Source: Aquificaceae bacterium
Lineage (GTDB): Bacteria; Aquificota; Aquificia; Aquificales; Aquificaceae
Direction of reading: 5' to 3'
DNA length: 64,000 nt
NCBI GenBank assembly: GCA_037925075.1
Contig: JAXSNR010000001.1
Span: forward strand, 384,001 to 448,000
Below the pieces are notes generated by a model. It did not search any database. It was not told the origin of the DNA and worked only from the letters and a program-made list of their open reading frames with translations. The stretch's first letter is position 1, and the number at the start of each line of letters is the position of its first letter. Position numbers and translations under genes: made by a program. This document shows, one piece after another, positions 39,018 through 50,662 of the stretch.

Positions 39018-39311
39018 GTGACCATGATTAAGAAGACATATCTAAAAAACAAGAACATATGCGTGGTAACCTTTTACGTGAAAAAGATTGATGCTGAAAA
39101 AATGGAGCTTGTGGGTGAGTGGAACCAGTGGAAACCCGAACCCATGAAAAGAAAAAAGGATGGCACCTTTTGGCTTAGCAAAAGGCTAAAAACGGGAAGA
39201 GGCTACAGGTTCAAATACCTTATTGATGACACTTACTGGGAAAACGAGCTGTCCGCAGACCAGCAAGTACCCAACCCCTTTGGTACCACGGACAGCCTGA
39301 TCCTTATCTGA
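39018..39311 (+). CDS. Stand-alone CBM48/isoamylase early-set domain protein
   Basis: VTF, LVGEWNQW..PM...DG.F, YRFKYLID..W, NPFG. Confidence 0.85.
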   Translation: MTMIKKTYLKNKNICVVTFYVKKIDAEKMELVGEWNQWKPEPMKRKKDGTFWLSKRLKTGRGYRFKYLIDDTYWENELSADQQVPNPFGTTDSLILI

Positions 39312-42300
39312 GAATATCCCTTTGCACCTCCTCTGGTGTGGGAAGCTTTTCTATCCTTTTGACCCTGCTGGCGTAGTACATCACGGGTATGAGCACAAGC
39401 GTGAGGGTTGTAGAGCCGATGGTTCCAAATATTAAGGATATGGCAAGGCCGTTAAATATGGGGTCAAAGATTATCACAAAGGCACCCACTATAACCGCCA
39501 CCGCGGTGAGCAGTATGGGTCTGGTCCTTATAACACCCGCCTCTATAACCGCAAGATGAGGTGGAACTCCGTCCTTGATCCTCTCTTCCGCAAAATCCAC
39601 CAAGAGGATGGAGTTTCTTACTATTATGCCCGCAAGGGCGATAAAGCCTATCATGGAAGTGGCGGTAAAGAAGGCACTCATTATAAGGTGTCCGGGGATG
39701 ATACCTACCAAGGTAAGGGGTATGGGTGCCATGATGATGCTGGGAACTCTAAAGTCTTTAAACCAACCCAGTATGAGCACATACATAACAAAGAGGGCTA
39801 CTCCAAAGGCTATGCCTAAATCTCTAAAAACTTCTAAAGTTATATGCATCTCTCCGTCCCATTTTACATATATGCCATCCTCTACAAGCGGTAGGGACAT
39901 CCAAAGCTCTTTCACCTCTCCGTATGGATTGGGAAGGCTCTTTATCTGGGACCTAACATCAAGGATACCGTAGAAGGGTGCCTCCTCTCTTCCTGCCACA
40001 TCACCTATTACATACACCACACGCCTGAGGTTTTTGTGGTATATGGTGGTGGGTACTGTATCTTCTTTGACTTCTACTAGCTCAGAAAGTGGTACCCTTT
40101 TCCCGTCCCTTGTGGTTATCTGAAGCATCTTTAGAGTTTCAAGGGTTCTGTACCTTTCGTCAAATCTTACAATTATGGGCGTGTGTTGCGTGTCTGTGTT
40201 TTGCATTATACCAGCCTGATAGCCTCCAAGAAGGGCTTGTAGAATATGGACTATCTCTTGCTTTGAAAGACCTGCCAGCTTTGCCTTGTCCTCCTTTACT
40301 ACAAGCTTGACCAGTGGAGCTGGGTCCTCAAGGTATATGCCTTCATCGGTTATGCTTTTACTCTCCTTAAATACTCTTAGCACCTCCCTTGCAAAGTTTT
40401 GCTGAACTTTTAGCTCTGGACCGTAAACCTCCGCCACTATGGGAGATAGGACTGGTGGTCCGGGTGGAACCTCCACTACCGCCACATACTTTGCACCGTA
40501 CCTTTTGGCAATCTCATGGACCTTGGGCCTTGTCCTTTTGGCAAAGTCGTGAGACTGCTCCTCGCGTTTATCTTTGCTTATAAGGTTTACCTGAATATCC
40601 GCAAGGTTTGAGTTTTGGCGTAGGTAGTAGTGTCTTACAAGTCCGTTGAAGTTAAAGGGTGCGGAGGTTCCCACGTATATCTGATAGTCGGTCACTATGG
40701 ACTGTTTTGAGATGTAATCTCCTACGGCTTTTGTAACCTCTAAGGTTTTCTCAAGGGGTGTGCCTTCTGGCATGTCTATAACTATCTGAAGCTCGCTTTT
40801 GTTGTCGTAAGGAAGCATCTTAACTACAACCACCTTTGTAAGCAAAAGCCCGACAGAAAGACCCATAAGGGCAAGAGTAAAGCCATAGAAGGCATACCTC
40901 TTGGGTTTACTGGTAAGCAAGGGAACCATGAGGCGTGAATAGAGCCTCCAAAAGAGAGTCTCCTTTATGTCAATCTCATGTTTTTCGTGCTCTTGGTCAA
41001 ACTTCTTCTTAAGGAGGAGGTAGCTTGCCCATGGGGTGATGATAAAGGCAACCAAAAGGGAGAAAAACATGGCAACGGAGGCGTTTATGGGTATGGGTCT
41101 CATGTAAGGACCCATAAGCCCTGTCACAAAAGCCATAGGCATAAGCGCCGCAATAACGGTAAAGGTTGCCAGTATGGTGGGGTTTCCTACCTCATCGGTT
41201 GCTCTCACGATAGCTTCTCTTGGCGTCTTTGTAAGCTTTAGTTCAAACCAACGATGCACGTTTTCCACCACCACTATGGCATCATCCACGAGGATCCCTA
41301 TGGCAAAGATGAGGGCAAAGAGGGTAACCCTGTTTAAGGTAAAGCCAAAGACTTGGCTTAGAAAGAGGGCAATGGCAAGGGTCACAGGCACCGCAATGCC
41401 TACCACTATGGCTTCTTTAAAGCCCAAGGCGACCGCGATGAGAAGTATCACGGAGAAGGTGGCTATTATGAGCTTCTTTATGAGTGTATCCGCCTTTTCC
41501 TTTGCGGTTTCTCCGTAGTTTCTTGTTATGGTAACCTCCAAATCCTTTGGTATTATCTTGCCTTTGAGATGCTCCACAAGTTCAAGCACTTCCTTTGCCA
41601 CTTCTACCGCGTTGGTTCCAACCCGCTTGGAAACTGCTATGGTAACCGCAGGGAAAAGCTCCCCTGAGCCAACACCTTTAATTCCCTTTTCCTCATGCTT
41701 TGGTCCAAAGCCCATAAAAACGTAATCCCTTGCCTCCGATGGTCCATCTATCACAGTAGCCACATCCTTCATATAAACAGGCCTTCCCTTATAGACCCCT
41801 ACCACGATGTTTTCCACATCTTCCTTTGACCTTAGAAACTCTCCCGTTCTTACCACGTACTCCCTTCCACCTTGGACCACCTTACCGCTTAGAGATTGAG
41901 CATTGGCAGACTGTATGAGCTGGACCATGTGAAGGGGCGAGATGTCGTAGGCTGTCATCCTTTGTGGGTCAAGTATTACACGAACCTGTCTTGGCCTTCC
42001 GCCTACAATAAACACATCCGCCACATTTTGAACCTTCTTTATCTCGTTTTCTATGGCTTCCGCTATATGTCTTAGGTCGTAGTGGTCGTAGTTTTTACCC
42101 CATAGGGTGAGGGTAAGTATGGGAACATCGTCTATGGATTTAGGTTTTATGAGAGGTGGTAGGATTACCCCCGGAGGTGCCAGGTCCATGGCGGACATCA
42201 TCTTGGTGTTGAGGTCCACAAGAGCCTTTACAGGGTCTGTACCCACATAAAAGCGTGCGGTCACAACCGCCATGCCTTCCATGCTGGCGGAGTATATGTA

Positions 42301-42546
42301 TTCAATGTCTTTGAGTTCCCAAAGTTTTTTCTCAAGGGGGGCCACCACTCTCCTTTCCACCTCCTCCGGTGTGGCACCTGGGTAGGAGATCATTATGTCT
42401 ATCATGGGAACCACTATCTGTGGCTCCTCATCCTTGGGAGTGGTAATAACCGCAAACAAGCCTAAAGCAAGAGAAACCAGTATTAAGATGGGTGTGAGCT
42501 TTGAGTCTATAAAGTAGTTGGCAAGCCTTCCCGCAAAGCCGTACAT
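39304..42546 (-). CDS. RND efflux transporter permease (AcrB family)
   Basis: GILVDDAIVVVEN, GIIVRNSILLVD, RTRPILLT. Confidence 0.95.
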   Translation of the reverse strand: MYGFAGRLANYFIDSKLTPILILVSLALGLFAVITTPKDEEPQIVVPMIDIMISYPGATPEEVERRVVAPLEKKLWELKDIEYIYSASMEGMAVVTARFYVGTDPVKALVDLNTKMMSAMDLAPPGVILPPLIKPKSIDDVPILTLTLWGKNYDHYDLRHIAEAIENEIKKVQNVADVFIVGGRPRQVRVILDPQRMTAYDISPLHMVQLIQSANAQSLSGKVVQGGREYVVRTGEFLRSKEDVENIVVGVYKGRPVYMKDVATVIDGPSEARDYVFMGFGPKHEEKGIKGVGSGELFPAVTIAVSKRVGTNAVEVAKEVLELVEHLKGKIIPKDLEVTITRNYGETAKEKADTLIKKLIIATFSVILLIAVALGFKEAIVVGIAVPVTLAIALFLSQVFGFTLNRVTLFALIFAIGILVDDAIVVVENVHRWFELKLTKTPREAIVRATDEVGNPTILATFTVIAALMPMAFVTGLMGPYMRPIPINASVAMFFSLLVAFIITPWASYLLLKKKFDQEHEKHEIDIKETLFWRLYSRLMVPLLTSKPKRYAFYGFTLALMGLSVGLLLTKVVVVKMLPYDNKSELQIVIDMPEGTPLEKTLEVTKAVGDYISKQSIVTDYQIYVGTSAPFNFNGLVRHYYLRQNSNLADIQVNLISKDKREEQSHDFAKRTRPKVHEIAKRYGAKYVAVVEVPPGPPVLSPIVAEVYGPELKVQQNFAREVLRVFKESKSITDEGIYLEDPAPLVKLVVKEDKAKLAGLSKQEIVHILQALLGGYQAGIMQNTDTQHTPIIVRFDERYRTLETLKMLQITTRDGKRVPLSELVEVKEDTVPTTIYHKNLRRVVYVIGDVAGREEAPFYGILDVRSQIKSLPNPYGEVKELWMSLPLVEDGIYVKWDGEMHITLEVFRDLGIAFGVALFVMYVLILGWFKDFRVPSIIMAPIPLTLVGIIPGHLIMSAFFTATSMIGFIALAGIIVRNSILLVDFAEERIKDGVPPHLAVIEAGVIRTRPILLTAVAVIVGAFVIIFDPIFNGLAISLIFGTIGSTTLTLVLIPVMYYASRVKRIEKLPTPEEVQRDILR

Positions 42547-42548
42547 CT

Positions 42549-43667
42549 TTAACCTCCTACCCTACAACCCTCGCAAGCCTTCTCAATCCCCTGAATAACT
42601 ATCCTCTCACCCTCCTTTAAACCCGACAGCACCTCTACCTTATCTCCCCTCCTTTCACCAAGCTTTACAAACCTTAGCTCTAAGGTGTTATCGGGCTTTA
42701 CAACCCATACACCTGTAAAGTCAAAACGTTTCACTATGGCTGATTCTGGAACAAGAAGCACATCCACTTTTTCAGGTATAAGTAGGTTGGCGTACATACC
42801 GCTCCTTATGCCTTCTGCGTTTTCAAGCTTCAGCTTTACTCTAAAAGTTTTGGTGACAGGGTCTAAGGCTTGAGAAACCTCTACTACCTTGCCCTTTATA
42901 GACTTTCCCAAGCTGGGTATATTCACCTCGTACTCTTGTCCCACCTCAACCCTGCCTGTGAACCTTTCTGGTAGGAAGGCTTCAAAGAGATACGGAGGTG
43001 CTTCCACCACAAGAAGTGGATGACCGGGTACTGCAAGGTCTCCCACATCCACCGTCTTCTGAACCACATAACCACTGATTGAGGAGGTTATGTTTGCATA
43101 CTTTAGATTGCTGGCGACCGCCTGCCTTTGGCTTTGCAAGGCTCTTATGCCGGCTTTTGCCTGTTCCACCTGTGCCTGAGCGGACTCAAACTGAGCTTTT
43201 ATCTGGTCAAATTCCTGTTGGGTGATGGCACCTTCCTTTAGAAGGGCGGAATATCTCTCAAAGGTCTTCTTTACAGCTTCGTAGTTGGCCATGGCGGACC
43301 TAAGATTTTGTTCAGCCTGTGATATCTGATGGCCTACCGCATCCGCCTGAGCTTGTACATCCTCCGCATCTACGCTTACAAGGATCTGACCAGCCCTTAC
43401 ACTATCACCCTCCTTTACAAAAACACCCTTCACTTTCCCCATGATCCTTGTGGAAACCTCCACCCTTTTGTCCGCCACTATCTGACCCGTGTACGGGCTT
43501 AGAACCTCCGACAGCCTTTCCACAGTGCCTAAAGTTATGCCTTGAACAGTTTTTATTTGTTTGGCAACCTCACCAGGCTTTTCCTTCTTTGAAAGAAAGC
43601 CCCCAAGCCAGACTATCATGGCAAGGATTATGAAAACGAAAACCACATACTTTATCCAACCCTTCAT
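42549..43667 (-). CDS. RND efflux periplasmic adaptor (membrane fusion protein)
   Basis: N-terminal TM, lipoyl-like VKEGDSV..GQ, coiled coil, GMYA, VEVLSGL. Confidence 0.93.
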   Translation of the reverse strand: MKGWIKYVVFVFIILAMIVWLGGFLSKKEKPGEVAKQIKTVQGITLGTVERLSEVLSPYTGQIVADKRVEVSTRIMGKVKGVFVKEGDSVRAGQILVSVDAEDVQAQADAVGHQISQAEQNLRSAMANYEAVKKTFERYSALLKEGAITQQEFDQIKAQFESAQAQVEQAKAGIRALQSQRQAVASNLKYANITSSISGYVVQKTVDVGDLAVPGHPLLVVEAPPYLFEAFLPERFTGRVEVGQEYEVNIPSLGKSIKGKVVEVSQALDPVTKTFRVKLKLENAEGIRSGMYANLLIPEKVDVLLVPESAIVKRFDFTGVWVVKPDNTLELRFVKLGERRGDKVEVLSGLKEGERIVIQGIEKACEGCRVGG

Positions 43668-44974
43668 TTCCTTACCTCCTCCACAGAACCTGCACTGTAA
43701 AGAACATCCATATAAGCCTTATGGCAGGCGTTTATTGCCTGTACTCTTTCAAGCCTTGCCTTATCAAGCTCCGTCTGGGCGTCCAGTATGTCCACCATTC
43801 TGGCAAGGCCGTTTTTGTACCTGACCTGCATAACCCTTAAAACTTCTTGACTACTCCTTATTCTTTCTTCTGCGGACCTGAACATACCAAGGGCATTTTC
43901 GTACTCTGCGTAAGACCTTTCAAGGTCAAAGACCGCGGAATCCTTTAGGAGTTTTAACCTTTCTTGAAGGCTCGCCTTTCTCTCAAGGTTTGCTTGAGCT
44001 CTTCTGAGGGTTGTGAGCCCTGTATCAAAGGTCCAAGATAGCCCTATTCCCGCAAGATAACCCCTTCCTTCTGCACCAAAGGGATAATCCTTTGAGTTGA
44101 GGAAATACTGTGCAAAGGCAAAAACATGTGGCAGGTTGTCCGAGAGGGTAAACCTGTAAGCTTCCTCAAGGCTCTTGATCCTCTCCTCTAAGGATTTTAT
44201 GTCCCCTCTGTTTTGAACCTTTTCTTTTAGAGCCCTTATGTCTACCTCAGGACACTGTCCTACAGATTGAACTTCAAAATCCCCAAGCGGAACACCCACC
44301 ACCACCTCAAGCCCCTTCTTTGCCACCTGATAACCTCTTATGGCCTTTTCAAGGTTCTCTTCCGCCTTTGAAAGATACACCTTTGCCCTCAGCACATCAG
44401 AAAGCAGGGCAAGACCTACCCCATGCATCTGCTCCGCAAGCCTGAGGTGCTCCTTTGCATCTTCCACCGCTTGCTTGGCTACCCTTATGCTTTCCTTGGC
44501 AAGGACTGCACCCATGTAAGCCTTGTACGCCTGCCCTATGACCTCCTCCTCCCTTCTTTCCAGCTCCAAGCTCATAGCCCTGTACTCGTACTGTGCCATT
44601 CTATTTGCAGATTGAAGCTTACCACCTATCCATATGGGCACCTCAAGGGTAAACTTTGTTTCAAAGTTGTTTATGGCCTTTGGGTTGTTTAACCTTGCTG
44701 GGTCAAAGTCCTGCATGGTTATCCTCTCCTGATTGAGCTTGTTCATAAAGGCGTAAGCGGGTACATCAGTTCTCGTATAGGTCTCTTCGAGCTTAATCTT
44801 AGGGAAAAGGGCACCCCTTACCGCCTTGAGCTCCAACTCCTGAGCTTTAAGGTCTCTCTGGGCAGACTTTATCAGAGGGCTGTTCTTAAGGGCAAGGTCC
44901 AAAACCTTCTTTATTTCAATCTCCTCCGCAAAAACTAAGCTTAGCGTGGTAAGTAGAAAAATCAAAACTCTCAT
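43664..44974 (-). CDS. TolC-family outer membrane efflux protein
   Basis: Signal peptide, ALKNSP, RYKNG...DILDAQ repeats; in operon with MFP/RND. Confidence 0.92.
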   Translation of the reverse strand: MRVLIFLLTTLSLVFAEEIEIKKVLDLALKNSPLIKSAQRDLKAQELELKAVRGALFPKIKLEETYTRTDVPAYAFMNKLNQERITMQDFDPARLNNPKAINNFETKFTLEVPIWIGGKLQSANRMAQYEYRAMSLELERREEEVIGQAYKAYMGAVLAKESIRVAKQAVEDAKEHLRLAEQMHGVGLALLSDVLRAKVYLSKAEENLEKAIRGYQVAKKGLEVVVGVPLGDFEVQSVGQCPEVDIRALKEKVQNRGDIKSLEERIKSLEEAYRFTLSDNLPHVFAFAQYFLNSKDYPFGAEGRGYLAGIGLSWTFDTGLTTLRRAQANLERKASLQERLKLLKDSAVFDLERSYAEYENALGMFRSAEERIRSSQEVLRVMQVRYKNGLARMVDILDAQTELDKARLERVQAINACHKAYMDVLYSAGSVEEVRK

Positions 44975-45014
44975 GACTTTTCAGATTATTATTATATCCT
45001 TATATTCTAATATG

Positions 45015-45614
45015 TCAAGCGCCTCCCAGCAACTCCTTAATGGTGTTTATAACGTATAGCCTTATCTTTGTGGAGTTAACATCGTCAACGTCGATCTCAA
45101 AGCTTAACTTTGAACTGTACTGGTTCTCTTCCATTATCCCCACTAGCCTTGCAGTGCCAAAGACTCCCGCAAGCTCTTCTCTGCCGGCAATTTTAAAATC
45201 AAAGCTTCTGTCTAGCATCCCGGGTACTATAGATGTATCCGTTAACCCAAGGGAGAAGCCTCCCTCCGATATATCAAGAGGTGTAAAAGCTCTGAAGATA
45301 CCGTCAATCTTGAGAAGTACTACGAAAGTCCTATCCTTTTGAACTGGAACCCTTGGCTTGCTTCTGTCCCCAAACCTCTTCTCGCCAGCGTAAAAGATAT
45401 CCACTATGATTTGTTCGTTTTTACCTACAACCCTTCCTGGAAGTACAAAGCACATGTATCCAAGGTTTATCACATCTCCAGTGAGTATTAACCTTCTGGC
45501 AAGTGGTGTGGCGCTCAGGTAGACCTTCCCTTCTTGATACTTGATCTTTTCAAGCCTTGCATGAAATAGTACACTCCCCTCAAGGGTTTTGTACACGTCA
45601 ACAAAGTCTGCCAT
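45015..45614 (-). CDS. PilZ-domain protein
   Basis: RxxxR (DRSKPR) and DxSxxG (DISEGG). Confidence 0.75.
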   Translation of the reverse strand: MADFVDVYKTLEGSVLFHARLEKIKYQEGKVYLSATPLARRLILTGDVINLGYMCFVLPGRVVGKNEQIIVDIFYAGEKRFGDRSKPRVPVQKDRTFVVLLKIDGIFRAFTPLDISEGGFSLGLTDTSIVPGMLDRSFDFKIAGREELAGVFGTARLVGIMEENQYSSKLSFEIDVDDVNSTKIRLYVINTIKELLGGA

Positions 45615-46914
45615 TAAGCATTCCCTCCACCAACTTTTCCATCTTCATGCTCCTTGAACCCTTAAAAAGTATAACAGCTTCTTTGTTAGCATGCTCAAGA
45701 AGCCACTGAAGAAGCTCTTCATATGCTTTAAAGAATAAGCATCTTCCGCCCAGCTCCTTGCACGTCTCATAGGCGTGTTTCATAGCGTTTCCAAAGAATA
45801 GGCATAAATCTATGCTAAACTCAACGCACAGTCTTCCCACCTCTCTGTGGTATCTTTCAGAATCTTCCCCAAGCTCTAACATATCCCCTAACACCGCAAC
45901 CTTTTGCCCTCTGAACAGGCTCAAGCTCCTTAGAGCCATCCTTACAGAAGGTGGATTGGCGTTATAGGTATCATCTATGAGTGTTAGCTCACCCACCTTC
46001 AAAAGGCGAAAGCGTCCCTCCACTGGACTAAAGTCCGCAAGGTCCTTGTAGAAATCCTTACAATCAAGACCAAGAGCCTCAAGTATGGCAAAGGCACACA
46101 AAGCATTTTCTACTACCGCAAGGCTTGGAACTGGAATAAACACACGCACCCCATCTACCTTGAAGCTTACACCTTCTTCTGAAAGCTCTATTTCTTCAGC
46201 TTTGAGCCTTCCCTCACCAAATATAAGCTTTCTTGGTATTTGGTAGCAATGAGACACATAGGCAGGGCATATGCCACAATCCTCTTGTCCCATCTGATAG
46301 AAAATCTCACCGTTTCCAAGCACCACATCATCAAGGCACCCAAAGGTCTCAAGATGCTCCTCACCTATGGCGGTTATTGCCCTTACATGGGGCTTTACCA
46401 GTTGTACAAGCTTTTTTACATCTCCCTTTTGGCTTGCTCCCATCTCCACAACCCAAAAAGGGCAGTCCTCTTCAAAGTTGGCTATTGAGAAGGGAACACC
46501 AATCTGAGAGTTGTAATTTCTGGGAGTTTTGCATACCTTGCCTACTTTTGAAAGCAAAAAGGCTGTAAGCTCTTTTGTGGTGGTTTTACCAGCAGAGCCC
46601 GCTATGGCAATAACCTTGCCTTTGAAGTTTTCCCTTCTCCAGCTTGCAAACCTTCTTAAAGCTTCTACAGAGTCTTCTACTATCAACTGTGGAACATCCC
46701 CTGAAATCTCAAGCCTTCTTTCACATACCACCCCCACAGCCCCTTTCTTTATAGCCTCCATAGCAAAGTCATGACCATCATGAACCCTTCCCCTTATTGC
46801 CACGAATATTTGACCCCTTTGCACGCTTCTACTGTCAATGGAAAAGCCACTGAAAGGTGCTGGCTTTCCAAGATGTTTAGCCTCAAGAAGCTTAGCCAGC
46901 TCAAAGGTGGTCAT
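45598..46914 (-). CDS. murF: UDP-N-acetylmuramoyl-tripeptide--D-Ala-D-Ala ligase
   Basis: [40 protein letters not shown]. Confidence 0.96.
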   Translation of the reverse strand: MTTFELAKLLEAKHLGKPAPFSGFSIDSRSVQRGQIFVAIRGRVHDGHDFAMEAIKKGAVGVVCERRLEISGDVPQLIVEDSVEALRRFASWRRENFKGKVIAIAGSAGKTTTKELTAFLLSKVGKVCKTPRNYNSQIGVPFSIANFEEDCPFWVVEMGASQKGDVKKLVQLVKPHVRAITAIGEEHLETFGCLDDVVLGNGEIFYQMGQEDCGICPAYVSHCYQIPRKLIFGEGRLKAEEIELSEEGVSFKVDGVRVFIPVPSLAVVENALCAFAILEALGLDCKDFYKDLADFSPVEGRFRLLKVGELTLIDDTYNANPPSVRMALRSLSLFRGQKVAVLGDMLELGEDSERYHREVGRLCVEFSIDLCLFFGNAMKHAYETCKELGGRCLFFKAYEELLQWLLEHANKEAVILFKGSRSMKMEKLVEGMLNGRLC

Positions 46915-48017
46915 AGAATTATATTATAAAGCTCAAGTAATTTCTTCTTTGTAAACTTAAATATTCTTTCAATAGCCTCATCATAACTTGAAAAGCTCCC
47001 AGGATAGTTCATTTGTATGTAATCCACATCAACATCCACTTGTTTCATACTTTTAACCACACCAAGAACCTTCTCACTTGGAGGTATATAAGGTGCTATA
47101 ACCGCGAACTCATCACCCCCTATACGGAATATAACCGGGCTCATTATGTCTATAACATCTTCCTTCATGAGTTTTAGCACCACATCTTTTATATCATGCA
47201 TAGAACAGCACTCAAGATTTATAGCCCATACAAGCCTTTTAAGTACTTCATTTCCCCCTTCCCAACCCCTCTGTAGATTTATCTCCGTTAAGTTTCTTAT
47301 ATCAAAAACCGTAAGACAAAAGGTGTCTTTTTGCTCCACAAAGGCTTTCAAAGCAGGAAGGAAAAGGTCACCCCTTATGGCACCCGTTGGGTCAATATAC
47401 TGAAAGCTCCATCTTATTTTTTCTATCTCTTGGTTCACATGTGAAGGGTTTACGCTAACGTATTCAAGGCTACGCAGGGCTTTTATTGCATAGGGTACCA
47501 CATCGGGATCAAAGTGCATTGAAGCAAGCTCCTCCATCTCACGGAAAGCCTCTTCCCAAGTTTTCGCCTTCTTGTATATCCTTCTTGAGGTCATGGCTTC
47601 AAAGGAATCCGCCACCGTGTATATCCTTGCAAGAAGGGGTATTTCTTCACCCTTGATACCAAAGGGATAACCGGTTCCATCGTACTTTTCCTGATGGTAG
47701 AGAGGCACCTCCAAAGCTTCTTTAGGTATGTCTGAATCTTTCACCATTTCATAGCCAAGTCTCACATGCAACTTCATTATTTCAAATTCCTCTTTGGTAA
47801 GCCTTCCCGGCTTAAGGAGTATTACATCGGGTATGGCTATCTTCCCCACATCGTGGACCATACCACCAATACGAAGATGTTCAAGCTCTTTGGCGGATAG
47901 TCCCATACTCTCCCCTATTTTCAGGGCATAAAACACCCCTCTATCCGTATGCCCCCTTGTGTAAACATCTCTATACTCGAGAACCTTAAGCAGTGTATGT
48001 GCTATATTTAACTGCAT
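46911..48017 (-). CDS. HD-GYP + GGDEF domain protein
   Basis: [24 protein letters not shown]. Confidence 0.88.
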   Translation of the reverse strand: MQLNIAHTLLKVLEYRDVYTRGHTDRGVFYALKIGESMGLSAKELEHLRIGGMVHDVGKIAIPDVILLKPGRLTKEEFEIMKLHVRLGYEMVKDSDIPKEALEVPLYHQEKYDGTGYPFGIKGEEIPLLARIYTVADSFEAMTSRRIYKKAKTWEEAFREMEELASMHFDPDVVPYAIKALRSLEYVSVNPSHVNQEIEKIRWSFQYIDPTGAIRGDLFLPALKAFVEQKDTFCLTVFDIRNLTEINLQRGWEGGNEVLKRLVWAINLECCSMHDIKDVVLKLMKEDVIDIMSPVIFRIGGDEFAVIAPYIPPSEKVLGVVKSMKQVDVDVDYIQMNYPGSFSSYDEAIERIFKFTKKKLLELYNIIL

Positions 48018-48046
48018 CTGGCATCAGCACAAATATATACCAGTTC

Positions 48047-49252
48047 TCACCGCTTCGCAAGATTAGACTTTGAAGTAATTTTCAGGCCACTAAACCAGAA
48101 AAGGCCAAGCACAACCCATATAAAGACAGCTATAAGTGCAATAGAGCTCATGTAATGGTATCCATGCTTTAGCACATAGCCTCCCCAAAAGCCTCCAACA
48201 AAGGCTCCAAGGAACTGGGTAGTGTTAAAAAAGCCAAGGGACAAACCCCTTATATCCTTGTGGGTCAATTTGGTAAGAAGAGAAGGTATGATGGCTTCAA
48301 GCAGGTTAAAGCCCAAAAAAAAGAAAAGGACCATAAGCACTATGCCCACAAAGTTTTCAAGTAAGGCAAAGGAGAGAAAAGAAAGCCCCAAAAGAAGGGC
48401 TCCCAGCATAAAAACCTCTCTGAACTTTCCCCTTTTTTCCGCAAAGACCACCGCAGGCACCATAAAGGCAAGGGCAAGGAGTATGGTAGGTAGGTATATC
48501 TCCCAGTGTCTAAGCTTGGGAAAGTTGTAAAGATAAACAAGCTCGTAGGGTACTACGGTGAATATAACCACCATGAAGGCATGAGTGAGGGCTATGGAGA
48601 GGTTTAAGAAAAGCTGGTTTTTGTCCGTAAGTAGCATGGTGATGTTTTTGATGGATGGGTCTATTTCCCTTTCCTTGGATCTATGGGTAGGTTCGGGAAC
48701 AGTTAGCACAAGCACTACGACCACAAGAAGGCTCAAAAAGGCAGTAAGAAAAAACAGAAAAGGAACTCCAAACTTACCCGCAAGCACTGGAGCTATTGTG
48801 ATGCTGAGGGCAAAGGTAAGCCCTATTGAGGCTCCTATATGGGCAAAGGCTCTCGTCCTTACCTCTTCTCTGGTTAGGTCCGCAGATAAGGCTATCATGG
48901 CTGAAGAGACCGCACCAAAGCCCTGAAGGAAACGTGCAAAGACCATACTCCATATGTTTGAAACCAAACCCGCCATAAGGCTACCTATGGCATAGGTGAG
49001 CATGCCTACCAGTATGATGGGCTTTCTTCCGTACTTGTCGGAGAGATAACCAAAGGGTATCTGAAGAAGGGCTTGTGCAAAACCGTATATACCTATGGCA
49101 AAGCCTATAAGCTGAGGAGTTGCACCCTCAAGGGTCTTAAGATATGGAGAAAGCACGGGAAGAAGAAGGAAAAGACCGAGCATACGCACCATAACCGCAA
49201 AGGTTATGCTCAGTACTACCTTTCTTTCTTGTGGTGCAAAGTCTTTAAGCAT
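48047..49252 (-). CDS. MFS transporter (YajR-like)
   Basis: RMLGLFLLLPVL, GYLSDKYGRKP, 12 TM. Confidence 0.92.
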   Translation of the reverse strand: MLKDFAPQERKVVLSITFAVMVRMLGLFLLLPVLSPYLKTLEGATPQLIGFAIGIYGFAQALLQIPFGYLSDKYGRKPIILVGMLTYAIGSLMAGLVSNIWSMVFARFLQGFGAVSSAMIALSADLTREEVRTRAFAHIGASIGLTFALSITIAPVLAGKFGVPFLFFLTAFLSLLVVVVLVLTVPEPTHRSKEREIDPSIKNITMLLTDKNQLFLNLSIALTHAFMVVIFTVVPYELVYLYNFPKLRHWEIYLPTILLALAFMVPAVVFAEKRGKFREVFMLGALLLGLSFLSFALLENFVGIVLMVLFFFLGFNLLEAIIPSLLTKLTHKDIRGLSLGFFNTTQFLGAFVGGFWGGYVLKHGYHYMSSIALIAVFIWVVLGLFWFSGLKITSKSNLAKR

Positions 49253-49254
49253 GA

Positions 49255-50268
49255 TTAAAATTGCTTTAGAAACCTAAGGTCGTTTTCAAAGAAGAGCTTT
49301 ATGTTGTCTATGCCAAAGTATAGCATGGCGAGCCTTTCTACACCCATTCCAAAGGCAAAGCCTTGATATTCTTCAGGGTCTATGTTGCAGTTTTGAAGCA
49401 CCGCAGGATGCACCATACCACAGCCCATCACCTCAAGCCATCCGCTTTCTTTGCAAACCCTACAACCCTTTCCACCGCATATAACACAGCCTATATCCAC
49501 CTCAGCGGATGGTTCTGTAAAGGGAAAGTAAGAAGCCCTAAACCTGACGGGTATATCCCTTTTAAAAAACTCCTTCAAAAAGGTTTCTATGGTGTATTTC
49601 ATATGTCCAAAGTTTATGTCTTTGTCTACCGCTAAGCCCTCCACCTGATGGAACATGGGTGAATGCGTTGGGTCGTCATCCCTTCTGTAGACCCTTCCCG
49701 GTGCAATCATGTATATGGGGGGCTTTTGAGAAAGCATAGTTCTTATCTGAACGGGGGATGTATGCGTACGCAAAAGATAGCCCTCTTTGTTGACATAAAA
49801 GGTATCCTGCATATCTCTGGCTGGATGCTCCTCTGGTATGTTGAGCATATCAAAGTTGTACTCTTCGAGCTCCACCTCGGGACCTTCCATCACAGAAAAG
49901 CCCATGCTCACGAAAATGTCCCTTATTCTTCCCATCGTTTGAGTTATGGGATGAAGGCTCCCAACAGAAGGCTCAAGGGGGACCGAAAGGTCAAGCCACT
50001 CTTCAGAAAGCCTCCTTTCAATCTCAAGAGCCTTTAGCTTTTCTTCTTTTTTTCTAAAAAGCTCTTCCGCAAACTCCTTTAACTTATTTACCCTAAGCCC
50101 GTACTCTCTTCTGTCTTCCGAAGGTAGATCCTTTATACGGGCTATTGCTTGGGTTATAAGACCCTTTTTTCCAAGATACTTGGCTTTAAGCTCTGAAAGC
50201 TCGTTAAGTCCGCTTATCTTAGAAATACTTCCCTCAAGCTCTTCCTGTATTTTCTGAAGGTCTATCAT
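49255..50268 (-). CDS. pheS: Phenylalanine--tRNA ligase alpha subunit; start corrected to ATG at 50268
   Basis: [34 protein letters not shown]. Confidence 0.97.
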   Translation of the reverse strand: MIDLQKIQEELEGSISKISGLNELSELKAKYLGKKGLITQAIARIKDLPSEDRREYGLRVNKLKEFAEELFRKKEEKLKALEIERRLSEEWLDLSVPLEPSVGSLHPITQTMGRIRDIFVSMGFSVMEGPEVELEEYNFDMLNIPEEHPARDMQDTFYVNKEGYLLRTHTSPVQIRTMLSQKPPIYMIAPGRVYRRDDDPTHSPMFHQVEGLAVDKDINFGHMKYTIETFLKEFFKRDIPVRFRASYFPFTEPSAEVDIGCVICGGKGCRVCKESGWLEVMGCGMVHPAVLQNCNIDPEEYQGFAFGMGVERLAMLYFGIDNIKLFFENDLRFLKQF

Positions 50269-50624
50269 ACAGCCTGAGCCAAGGCTTCCTTTGCCTTGCT
50301 TACCACCTGAGCAAAGCCCTCTGGGTCTCTTACCGCCATCTCCGCAAGCATTTTCCTGTTTAGCCCTATACCAGCCTTGGAAAGGCCCTTCATAAACTTG
50401 CTGTAAGAAAGCCCATGAGCCCTGACCGCTGCGTTTATACGAGCAATCCATAGTCTTCTGAACTGTCTTTTTCTCTGCCTTCTGTCTCTGTATTGGTACT
50501 GAAGGGCTCTAAACACATACTCCTTTGCCCTCCTGTATACATTTTTACGCTGACCTCTAAAGCCCTTTGCAAGCTTTAGTATCTTCTTTTTAAACTTCCT
50601 TGAAGAAGGACCCTTTACACGCAT
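50265..50624 (-). CDS. rplT: 50S ribosomal protein L20
   Basis: [29 protein letters not shown]. Confidence 0.98.
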   Translation of the reverse strand: MRVKGPSSRKFKKKILKLAKGFRGQRKNVYRRAKEYVFRALQYQYRDRRQRKRQFRRLWIARINAAVRAHGLSYSKFMKGLSKAGIGLNRKMLAEMAVRDPEGFAQVVSKAKEALAQAV

Positions 50625-50662
50625 CTTAGCCTCCTACACTTTCTTGAAAACCGAATTCTAAA

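Noticed and set aside
49255..50624. rplT-pheS without adjacent rpmI or pheT
   Set aside because: Split operons are common in Aquificae; no remnant or insertion scar seen
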